A stretch of DNA of 64,000 nucleotides from assembly GCA_903813345.2 (NCBI GenBank), contig CAIIXF020000001.1, positions 22,072,001-22,136,000 of the forward strand, in the 5' to 3' direction. Position numbers and translations under genes: made by a program. Shown here one piece after another: positions 25,167 through 36,500 of the stretch (its first letter is position 1; each line of letters begins with the position of its first letter). The DNA is from Owenia fusiformis. Lineage: Eukaryota. The notes beneath the pieces are model-generated. The model was given only the letters and a program-made list of their open reading frames with translations, did no database searches and had not been told where the DNA came from.

Positions 25167-27418
25167 CTACATCAGACAACAGTTGAAAATGGAAATCAAC
25201 GCAACTAAAGAGTGTAGCCATGGTGATAGCCCTAACCACGGACTTGAAGACGGATCACCCGGTACACTGCATGCTGAAACAAAATAAATAAAATAAATAA
25301 ACATTGTCGACATAGAAAACTGGAAGTTTTAAACAGTATCATTTTCCATTTTCATAATCGTTGAAAATGACAAGGCATGGGAGTAACTGACACTTTGTGA
25401 ATCAATACGACATTTTGGGACCTGAAAACCTTTAATTTGCCAATCTACCCTTAGTAAATTATAAGATTCCCATTTCGCCTCGGTTACAATCTTACTTCTA
25501 GTCTCAAGAGACTTTGCTATACATCTTAGGTTTTTGCAGATAAATAGATGGTAACGTGTTTTTCACATGTTATTCTCTCTTTTTATAAACAGGTCTAGCT
25601 AAAACCTTTTTCTTGCGTTAAACTCACGTGTGCCTTGAAAGTTTGATCTAAATTCATCAAGACCGGCGTGGCATATCTTCCTGTTAATGATGTCATATAC
25701 GCGTGTTTCATCAACAGATCTCAAGTTGTTGGTCCTACTCAAGACATGTACGATTGGATCGGGGAGACACGTCCCGTTTGCGTATAATATGTTCTCCCAC
25801 GTACATGTTACGATTAAGGCATAGTTGTAGAAGTCAGTTTCTACCACATAGAACTCTCGGTCCTCTAAAAATTTGCCAACAACAAGTAACTAGATCAGAA
25901 AGTCATAGGCAGCAACATTCGAAAAGAAATACGTACCCAGCATACAATTTATTTGAATGAAGAAAGTGCATGTAGCAACATTAGATAGACTAAGCTACAC
26001 GTTTTTTAGAGAATTTGTCCCGGAACCTCTAGGAATTATTACCATCGTAATATTTACTTACCCAATCGAGTATGAACAAATAAGGAAAAACATCTTGAAA
26101 AAATTGAGAATGAGACAATTATCCATTAGAGTCGCAAATCAGCTCTTGTAAATTTCGCCTAGACCGGTTATATAGTGCAGTTAATTTTTCGTCCAAATCA
26201 GAAGTAAATTTTGACGTTAAATTAAGATAAACTTGCCGCTCATCCCCGTCACCATGAAAACCACACACAGTTTTTACTTTTTTAATCGTTCATCTAAAAA
26301 AATTGGAATGGTGGTACTTGCGCAATTCTTTAAAATTCTGAGGACTTTTCAAGTTAATGTGAACACCCCTGGAATATTTCGAAAAGTGAACCCCCTTGGG
26401 AAAGCTTGCTAAGGGCCCGTAGACTTACCTGATTCGCCACTGGATGTATTTGTGGTTCTTATGGCAAGTCTAGCCGGATGGCTTCCGGTACTCGAAACCA
26501 ATTGCATCTTTAGCCCCGATTCAGGCCATGATTCACAATCAGAACTATATAAGAGAATATATAATACAATGATCAGAATGTGTTTACAGCCAAGACATCT
26601 TACACCCCTTGTCCTTTGAAAGTGAAAGTGAAATAAGTGAAACAATGTGCACACATAGTAAAAGACAAATCATGTAAAGCCATTCAAAGCCATTCATTAC
26701 ATGTTAAACTTTCTGTTGAGATCTGTTGCTCAGTTGAATGGAGAAAACAAACTCTTTTTTATTGTATTTATAGTAATTAATATTTAAACTGAAAAAATGG
26801 AATACTTGAAAACAAGTACAAATCGGAGCATTTTCAAAAATATGTTTAGTTTCCCGAAAATTGCCTAAATCTTAAAATCGGAGCATTTTCAAAAATATGT
26901 TTAGTTTTCCGAAAATTGCCTAAATCTTAAGACGTTAGATATATTGAACTTTGAATGACCTAATGCTTACCCACCTATTTTTCGGTGTACCTGTTTCCAA
27001 TACGTCAGCAACACCAGACGATCGCTTAGTGTATTGAATTGAAAAGTTATCCAACAACCAATCATCATCGATACCAATGTGAAACCACGCCTTCACTTCG
27101 AACCATCTACCCATGAACTAAGGAATGAATACTAGTATATAAGACATATTTTGGAAAATGTTGTGCCATCGTCCTTCTGGCCTTCGTCAAGATTTAGTAT
27201 TTTGTTTAGTTAGGTGTTCTCTTACGTTGAATGTAACCGATTGTGTACGTACGATTTTAAAAGACAGAGCTGGTGTTTCTTACACTTACCTCATCGAAAT
27301 TAAAGTTGCTTTGGAGATCTAAACTTGTCATATTTAAGACACATTTTTCTGCGGTGACAGTTGTTAATATTCCAAGGAATATTACATATAAAATATGCTG
27401 TATCTGATATTTCTGCAT
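25167..27418 (-). CDS. Lipocalin copy A (RBP4/purpurin-like, six Cys, signal peptide, GPI-signal-like C-tail)
   Basis: Exons 27418-27290 MQKYQIQHILYVIFLGILTTVTAEKCVLNMTSLDLQSNFNFDE; 27117-26975 FMGRWFEVKAWFH...; 26544-26429 SDCESWP...HPARLAIR...; 25864-25628 ...YVVETDFYNYALIVTC...NGTCLPDPIVHVLSR...ICH...; 25273-25167 CSVPGDPSSSPWLGLSPWLHSLVALISIFNCCLM*. Lipocalin SCR1 (GxW), SCR2 (TD[F/Y]xNYA) and SCR3 (LSR) are present; intron phases 0,2,1,1. Confidence 0.88.
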
Positions 27419-27567
27419 GTCAACTGTAATGTAGTTACAAATTTGTCAACTTACTTGAACTCGCTTTTCAAAGTACTACTACTGTAAATAAAAAAACTCA
27501 AGAAACGCCAAACACTGAAAAACAACTTCTCAAAAATCTATTTACTTAGCTGTCTGATTATAATATA

Positions 27568-27933
27568 CAGTGAAACCTGAATATCCGAACACCTTGTTTG
27601 ACTCTTGTGTGGGGGAGGGGGTGTTAATTAGAGACCACTTCTTTTCACATTAGATCATGGTTTTCAGAAATATAGGGATACATATTTTTTCTTATGGCAG
27701 GTTTAAAATTAGAGTTTGCTTTTCTTGCTGGGTTTCTTTTAGGTTTTTAATCTCTTCCCTTTGACTCTTGTGCTTCGATATCTCTAATTCGAACATCTCT
27801 AAATTCGAAAGTTTTTCTATTTTTTATATCTCATTGACTCACATGCTTAATAAAAACCTTAAAATGTGAACACCTGCTAATCCGAACACATTTGGCTGAT
27901 CCAAGTGGTGTTCGGACTAGACAGGATCTACTG
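27568..27933. mobile_element. Tc1/mariner-pogo-like MITE (TA TSD) upstream of lipocalin A
   Basis: TA|CAGTGAAACCTGAATATCCGAACACC ... GGTGTTCGGACTAGACAGGATCTACTG|TA. Confidence 0.65.
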
Positions 27934-28529
27934 TACCTTTTTTAATTGAACGAACAGTTAAAGCTCCCATATTCAATAGATTTTTAGACGAAGTAAAAAT
28001 GTTCTGAAAAATAACATTATAAAAATAACATTAAATGAAATTGAATCAATCGAATACTTTCTTTGCCATTGCGAGTTGTATGTTGAAGAAAGGTTAGCAC
28101 TAAACGAAATCTATAAATATAACGATACAATTAGTGTTAAAGATCGCATCAATCTGATCTTAAATTGTACAAACGACGATCTTGCATTGCAAGCTGTCGT
28201 AATAGTTCATTCAATGTATATCAAGAGACAAGCAACGCTCACAACTTCGCTCATTTCATAAACTTGAGCAAATGATTTATCTATTTTGGTAAAATATGCT
28301 TTAATTCTCTGTTATTTGGATCTGTATTGTGAGCGTATAAGCAGGATAATTTAATAGGTTTCTAAAGGTCAACCGGGTTAAATGCAAAATTTCATTTTAA
28401 AATAACAGTTTGTTGTATTGAAGATGTGTCTTCAATCATATGATATGTTTTCACTATCAATTAAAAGCTAGTTGACAATCACTTTGTTAATTTCTAAGAA
28501 TTTCAAATTTTGAAATATGGTCCATCTGA

Positions 28530-31500
28530 TCACATTGCTGTCCAAATATGGGACATAAAAGTAGAAACCAAAGCCATTGACAAGCACAACCAAGACGATA
28601 ACGTTGACGCATCGCCCACGGGCCCTCCACAGGCTGAAAATAAACATTGTCAGTTGTAAAGGTAGGATATATTAATATAAAAATGAATTTTGGAAGACAA
28701 GAGCGTTATTTTGCGCATCAATCATTTTAGTCGCCAAGGTATTTTTGAACTTACGCCGAGAGTGGAAGTTAGGTCTGAATTCCTGAAGATCCGCGTGGCA
28801 TATTGTTTTGTTAATGATATCATCCAGGTATCTTGCATGACCGGGTTGCAATACGGTCGTCCTACTCAGTACGTGTACGATTGGATCAAGAAGGCATGTC
28901 CCATTGGCGTATAACGTTCCTCCATGAGAACATCCTACAGTCAAGGCATAATTGTCGTAATCTGTCACTAATACATACATCGGTATGTTACCTACGAATA
29001 TATAATGAATTAGTCCTTTTTAAAAGAAATTTAGAATAATGTATTACTTGCAAAAACAGGCAAATAGTTCATTCTTTCCACTTATCATCACAACATCATT
29101 CCCTTTGAGTTAAGATTGCAATCAAACCATTTTGCTCGATTTAGATGAATTTATGCTATCTTACTTGGAAGGCTACTACACTTTACGATGGTGAACCATC
29201 AATACTTCCAAAAGTTATTTTATCATGATATTAGGGATATAAAGTCAGCACGTGTCTGCTTTCGCGGCAAAACTGATTTCAGTTTCAGAGCAGAAATTTT
29301 ACGTCGCGTGACATGACGTGCTTGGTTGTAATAATTTGCCGCGAAATACGATTTTGTAAATAAAAATGAAAGCGATATGATTGGGGATTCAAGTACATAA
29401 AACGAATTCTAAAATACTCAGAAATTTATTGAGGTTGTTTTTTAGTGTGGATTTTCTCCCATGCGGTAATCATACAGGTAACAAAATTCGAGGCAGGGCA
29501 CAGATCTATCTCGAAGCGCCTGCGAAGATTCCCTGAGACACCGACACCAGCCTGCACAACCTCCATTTGGTTAGCAGTCCTTACCAGCTAAAAGCCAACG
29601 CTCCTTTGGCATAATATAAACACTACATGTACAGTACCTATCGATATCGATAAAGTAAGATCAAAAGTGCTCTGACTATATTAAACGTAAATTAATGGGT
29701 CATTTTCTCACAAAATGTTGATCTAATAATTACACCTACACATGTACCCAGAGGAGCAAAAAAGAAAAACAATTTTGTGATGTTTTCTTTTGTCGTACCA
29801 AAGGCCATCAAAAAGAACGTCCTTGGCCATTTAAAGAGGAAGAACACTTTTCATGCACCCCTCTTTCAAATGAACGCCCTCTGGCCTATTGATTACGTCG
29901 GTACTAAATTGAAAAACATTCTTAGACTTACCAGCAGAATTATATCCCAAGGTGAGTCTAGCTGGATGAAGTTGACCACCTGCAAACAACTTACGCCCTT
30001 TCATATATATGTCGCAGTCATCGCTAAAAAGAAATATTTTGGTCAATCGATATCCGATTCGAGGGAATCAGGTAAAAAAAAAACTATTATACCATTTCTT
30101 CAAAAATTTTCATTTTGAATCTTTCAAAATTTCTCTCTCGTTCAACAGAGGATTTTCTCTTGACCATGGTATAAGCTCGTTATTCACCCGTCGGGATGAT
30201 ATTGTTAATATCCCTAGGATGATATCAATATTTCCCGACATGTGAGGGAGTGTGCTAAATTCTGTGGCTATGTGGGAATAGAACCCAGACCCTCTTCGAT
30301 ATTTTTAAAATTCTCGAGTATAAAGTATAAAGGTTATATGCTGCAGAATGTATCTCGATATTTTCGATAATTTCAAGTCTAAATATTTCTTAAATCGATA
30401 AGCCCCAACTCCGACCCTGCCTCAACCCTATATTAACCCTGAGCCCAAACCTTACCCCTCACTCTGAATTTTACATTATAAGCCCTAATACCCAACCTTA
30501 AAATCCCCAGCCATAACCATAACCCTAACCCCAATACCCTGCAAACCCTTACTTAAGCTTTTAACCCTAACCTTTACCCTAAATCCTTAGCCCTAACCCC
30601 TAACCCGACCCTATGCCCTTAACTCAAACGCTAACTTTAACCATAAGCCCCAACCCTAACGCTAACCCTATGCACTAAACCTAACCCCTAACCCTAACTT
30701 TAACCCCAACCCCTAATCCGAATTCTAACCTCCCCAAACCCTAGCTTTGACCATGAGCTCCAGCCCTAATCCCTAACCTTAAACCCCCAACCTTAATTTT
30801 AAATCCTCAGCCCTAACCATAACTTTAACCCCCCTAAGCACTAAACTCAACCCTCACCCCAGCTTAAGATAGCTCTATAACATTTTCCAAGCTACCCTAT
30901 ACCCAAAATCTTGAACCAACGGTACCCATTTTGCCAAGTTTGGATGATTTGAAAATAAACTGAACATTGTGACGGTAGATGTTATCAAAAATATCGAAAG
31001 AATCGAAAGAATCGAAACATATTTTTTCGATTAAACTAATGAAATCGAAAATTTCGAAACCTAAAATGTATTTTTTCGATTAAACAAATTAATCGAGAAT
31101 ATAGAAAAATCGAAATTGCCAAGATCCTGGATAAGTATGCATCCTGACCACAGCAATTTTGATTCGCAATATCCGAAAAATAAGAAGAAATGGGTGCACA
31201 ACAACTTAATTGGAGACTCAAATTGATACCAGGTACCTATTTTTGACTCTTCCTGTTTCAAATGCATCAGCTACACCAGGTGATTTCTTGGTGTACACCT
31301 TAAAGTAATCATTCCACGCATCATCATCATTGAATCCTTCGTTACGGTGGAACCACGCCTTCACTTCGAACCATTTACCCATAAACTAATAAAATCATAT
31401 AAGAGACAAAGATGTGAGCTTCAGCAGATGATTTCCACCATAGAGACAGATATATCGTATCATATATCATCATTATTCTATATGTTAAAATTATACAATG

Positions 31501-31705
31501 TTACGTACCTTAATATATCCTAATACACCCCGTATAATATATAGTCATGTTCATTCCCTTTTCGTGTTGTTTTACTTACCTTATCGAAATCAAAGTTGGC
31601 TTGGAGGTCTAAACTTGTCATATTTAAGACACATTTTTCTGCAGTGACAGTTGTTAAGAAGAAGAATATAACATATATCACTCGCTGCATCCTTGCTGCA
31701 TCCAT
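28530..31705 (-). CDS. Lipocalin copy B (RBP-like, GPI-signal-like tail)
   Basis: Exons 31705-31580, 31385-31237 (FMGKWFEVKAWFHRNEGFNDDDAWNDYFKVY...), 30023-29932 (DDCDIYMKGRKLFAGGQLHPARLTLGYNSA), 28991-28755 (...VTDYDNYALTVGCSHGGTLYANGTC...) and 28633-28530 (CGGPVGDASTLSSWLCLSMALVSTFMSHIWTAM*); open frame, GT-AG introns. Confidence 0.88.
30395..30862 (+). repeat. Degenerate (CCCTAA)n telomere-like tract inside an intronic element (copy B intron 2)
   Basis: AACCCTAACCCC, CCCTAACCTTTACCCTAAA etc., flanked by TCGA-rich arms; absent from the homologous intron of copy D. Confidence 0.8.
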
Positions 31706-31755
31706 GTCGTCAGAGTGATTACATACAACTGTTTACTTTCAGACCAAATATATAC

Positions 31756-33008
31756 AGGGTGGTCCAAAAAGTGGAACATTTTCTTTTGCAATATAAGATT
31801 TATACAAGCTGCATCCATTTGCGCCGACCACGTAGCCATTTTAGCGACAAGTTATGGTTTCAATTGCCATTTCTAATCAAGGAATTTCCCTACCCTAGGA
31901 GCAATAAATCTGGTCAAATATTAGCGACCCCCGGGTCCTTCCACCATTTGAAATCTATTTTTAAACATCAGATTTTCTTGTTAGTAGAATGATGCTCGTA
32001 AATGTTGAGGGATATATACACGTGCAGTACTTTGTTTATGTCAATATTTTAATTAGAGACACCATATATGGTCATACGATTCTTCGCGGAAACATACTAC
32101 AATTAATTTATAAATGAAATGTTTGCTTACTATTTACATATAACCAATAGAGAAACAGCTTTTTAAATGACGCAATAACCCGCGAAATTAAAAGAACATG
32201 GTTTTACTCTTGGTTTGTATCTGTTCAACAAAAGTGGAGAACATACTTGTATGAATGATCATTTTTTTGTCGAATGGGCGGGGGGATTGTTGCGTTTGGT
32301 GGGTACAAATCGGGAACAAATCCACATCATAGTAATTTTCGAAAGGTCTCTTGTAATTTATGCAATGACGTATTTTAAGATATTGGCTTTTTACTTTAAT
32401 AGGTTACCTCCCTCCGTTTTATTCAGCTATATCAAAGCGATATTAATCAAATTAAAATTCCTTCGAACGTAACTTTTTTCAAAAAATAATTTCAAATTAA
32501 ATTAATCACCTATATTAAATCAATTAAATTATGACGTGCTCATGAATATAAGTTGAACGCGGAAGTGAATTTTTCCGAAGGGAGGACGAAAACAAGCTTG
32601 ACAAACTAATAATTACTGCTCGATGTGCTCAGTATTCTAGAATTCCTCTCTCCAGCGGTTATTCTCGGCGATTCCACCCCTGAAACTTTTCCCGACATGT
32701 AGATGAGTTATTTTCTTCTGTTCCCGATATGAGCAATCATAAATAAGTTCACTGAATATACCGATCATTTGCAAATTCCGAGAATCCTAAGTGTATACTG
32801 GACGAAACAGATTCAGTCAAATAACCCCATTCCCGGGCACATGTAAATCAAATTCCCCACTCCCGGGACGACAATCTTCGTCAAATTCCTATCCCTGGGG
32901 GCAATATTGTGGATCAAATTCCTTACCCTACCCGCGTGGGGGGTCTCACGCAAACTTTTGAATGGTGCATAAATCGATGTTCTACTTTAATCTTTTGAAC
33001 CAGCCTGT
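31756..33008. mobile_element. Tc1/mariner-like MITE (CAGGGTGGTCCAAAA) whose interior is replaced by ~1.1 kb of unrelated sequence
   Basis: Same ends as the intact copy at 39520-39841; similarity breaks after TCTAATCAAGGAA (~31884) and resumes at ~32972. Confidence 0.65.
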
Positions 33009-33527
33009 ATATTTGTGTTTTGAAATCAAGTTACTGTTTATAAAACGCGAGTTATATTCATCCCGAAAAAACTTTATTGTCAAAACATCTACTAAATATT
33101 TAAAGTTCTATTGAAATACGAAATATACAGATTGTTTAACATAAAAGAATCCATGCAATCCTAATCAAAATAAGCAGCTCTTTATGTATCCATCGTTGAT
33201 TTATCTTTATTACTGACATGCTCCTCGGTACATTTTGGATCTCCATAGAACTATGAAAAAGTTAATATATTTTCCACAGTAGGAATGCTTATTCTTTCTT
33301 AATTCTGTGTCATTTGGATCTGTATTCTGAGCGTATAAGCAGGATAATTTAATAGGTTGCAAAAGGTCAACCGGGTTAAATGCAAAATGTCATCTTAACA
33401 TAACAGTTTGTTGTACTAAAGATGTGTCTTCAATCATATGGTAGCATGTTTTCACTAATTAAAAGCTAGTTGACAATAACAGTGTTAATTTCTAAGAATA
33501 TCAAATTTTGAAATATGGTCCATCTGA

Positions 33528-36500
33528 TCACACTGCTGTCCAAATATGGGACATAAAAGTAGAAACCAAAGCCATTGACAAGCACAACCAAGACGATAAC
33601 GTTGAAGCATCGCCCACGGGCCCTCCACAGGCTGAAAATAAACATTGTCAGTTGTAAAGGTAGGATATATTAATAGAAAAATGAATTTTGGAAGACAAGA
33701 GCGTTATTTTGCCGTATCAATCATTTTAGTCGCCAAGGTATTTTTTAACTTACGCCGAGAGTGAAAGTTAGGTCTGAATTCCTGAAGATCCGCGTGGCAT
33801 ATTGTTTTGTTAATGATATCATCCAGGTATCTTGCATGACTGGGTTGCAATATGGTCGTCCTACTCAGTACGTGTACGATTGGATCAGGAAGGCATGTCC
33901 CATTGTCGTATAACGTTCCTCCGTGAGAACATCCCACTGTCAAGGCATAATTGTCGTAATCGGTCGCTAATACATACGAGTACATCGGTATGTTACCTAC
34001 GAATATATAATGAACTAGTCCTTTTTAAAAGAAATTTAGAATAATGATGACTACTTGCAAAAAGAGGCAAATAGTTCATTCTTTCCACTTATCATCAGCC
34101 TGGCAACCTCCATTTGGTTGGCAGTCCTTACCAGCTAAATAAAAGTGGTCATTAGCAAGCCAATGCTCCTTTGGCATAATATTAGCACTACATGTACAGT
34201 ATCTATAGATATCGATAAAGTGAGATCAAAAGTGCTCTGACTATTGTATGTATGTATATTTATGTATATTTATTTATTTAAGTGCCTCGTATAGAATACC
34301 CAGCCTATTTTAGGCTTATGGGGCACATTGTACAATATATTTGAAAACAATATTATAATAAGATTATCTAAACGAAGCTTGCTCTTTTGATAAGAGCAGC
34401 ATTCAGGAATTTTCCAGTATGGCGCACTAATCTAAAGTCATGTAATAAAAGTTTCAAAAGTTCATCATCAATAATAAGTTCTTGTTTTTGTAAAATACGT
34501 TTAACAGACAAAAATAAGTCTTCTCGTAGATTTTTATATGATGGGCATACTAGTAAAAAGTGGAACTCGTCCTCAATAATGGATATATTATCGTTCTTAC
34601 AATGTAAGCAAAGTCTCTGGTCAACTGGGGTGGATCTATATCTTCCAGTCTCCAGCATTAATGGTAATGTGCCTGATCTTGCTTTTGCAAGCAATGATCT
34701 GAATGTCCTTGGTAAACAGATCTTGACATAGTCTTCTGTTTCAAATGTTGTTTTAAATGTCCTATAAGTCCTTAGTTTTGGCATATTGGCAATCTTAAGT
34801 TTCCATTCTTCGATGTATCGTTGCAGTTCCGCTGTTTTAATAGAATCGAGGATGAGTGAACTATCTCCAAAGTGTCTCGTTTCATATTCACGTTGTAAAT
34901 TAGCAGATATAAATATTTCCCTTACATCCTTGCACCAACATTTGTGTCCTAAGATAGGATTTTCATTATCAAAGTCGAAAATTCTTCTAGTCAGCCTATC
35001 TCTAGGCATTTTGCTTAGTCTAATAAAGAGTCTCACCATCTCCAATCGGTGTCTGATGTTAGGCGGTATCCATCCCATGTCACCGTAAATTGTAAACGTA
35101 AATTAATGGGTCATTTTCTCACAAAATGTTGATCTAATAATTACACCTACACATGTTGAGGGTACCCAGAGCAGCAAAAAAAGAATGAAAATATTGTGAT
35201 GTTTTCTTCTGTCGTACCAAAGGCCATCAAAAAGAACGTCCTTGGCCATTTAAAGAGGAAGAACACTTTTCATGCACCCCTCTTTCAAATGAACGCCCTC
35301 TGGCCTATTGATTTAGTCGGTACTAAGTTGAAAGACATTCTTAGACTTACCAGCAGAATTATATCCTAAGGTGAGTCTAGCTGGATGAAGTTGACCACCT
35401 GCAAACAACTTACGACCTTTCATATATATGTCGCAGTCATCGCTAAAAAGGAATATTTTGGTCAATCGATATCCGATTCGAGGGAATCAGGCAAAGAAAA
35501 ACTAATACAGGGTGTCAATTTTTTTTTATCATCTTTCATATTTATTGTAAGCACAAGTCATTTAGATACAATTACAAGGGGCAAAGCGCTGTAAGCATTA
35601 GATGTCCCCTTATATAAGTAAACAATAAAGTACAATATTCATCTTAACCTGGATGTCACCTGTAAATGGTAGAATGCCTTGCAATGAAACAAAAGATAGG
35701 AGGGCTGCTGATATCCTGGGGGGGGGGGTAGTATGTTGAAAAATGGTAACAGGTCATAGGCAGGAAAATATTTAGATTCTGGTTGTGTTTTCAATGAGAT
35801 AATTCGCAACCAGTGAAAATAGATTATCCATTTCTAATTGGGTTAATGATGGATCCCCAAAAAGAAAAAAGTGAATTTTGTCTTGTTGAGTTCTGAAATG
35901 AGTTAATAAGTCCCCATATATCCCTAAAGTGTCAGTTATTAATTTATTTCTTTGTTGTTCTTTCAGAGGGCATTTGAAAAAGAAGTGGGGAAAAGTTTCA
36001 GGGGAACCACATAAACAATTTGATGACTCAACTGAGCTCCAATTGTGGGCTTTGAGCTGAGCTTTTAAAACTAAATCTACCCTGGCTCTATTCAGATAAA
36101 GTTCTTGTTGACGAGTTAATTTTAAACAAATAGTTGAAACAACACCAGGGAACGAATTTAATTTAAGTGTTCTTTTAAAAGATGCAATAGTTGGCAAGAG
36201 CTTTTGTTCCAAGGGAACAGATCCTGGATCATTCCATAGGTTCATCATTTTGTATATTGGAGACTTATGTGGATAGTGAATAGGGATAGTGAAATCTCGA
36301 GATTTCCTTAACAATCTTGCTTGAGGGTTTATGAATGGCCTAAATATATCTGAGATATAAATAGGTGTTAAATCATTCACGGCTTTGTACATAATTGTTT
36401 TAAAGTGGAGGATCCTCCTCTCAGTTAAGGTGGACCAGTTCAAAAATGTTAAGTACTTTGGAAGTGCTGGAGCCTGGGAGAGCACCAGAGACTATTAGAC

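Noticed and set aside
27424-27454. 31-nt GT-AG intron in the 5' UTR of lipocalin A
   Set aside because: Below the usual minimum intron size; more likely a deletion relative to copy D, and it cannot be supported without transcripts.
30395-30862. True telomere or chromosome-fusion scar
   Set aside because: Highly degenerate, single orientation, intronic and duplicated along with the gene.
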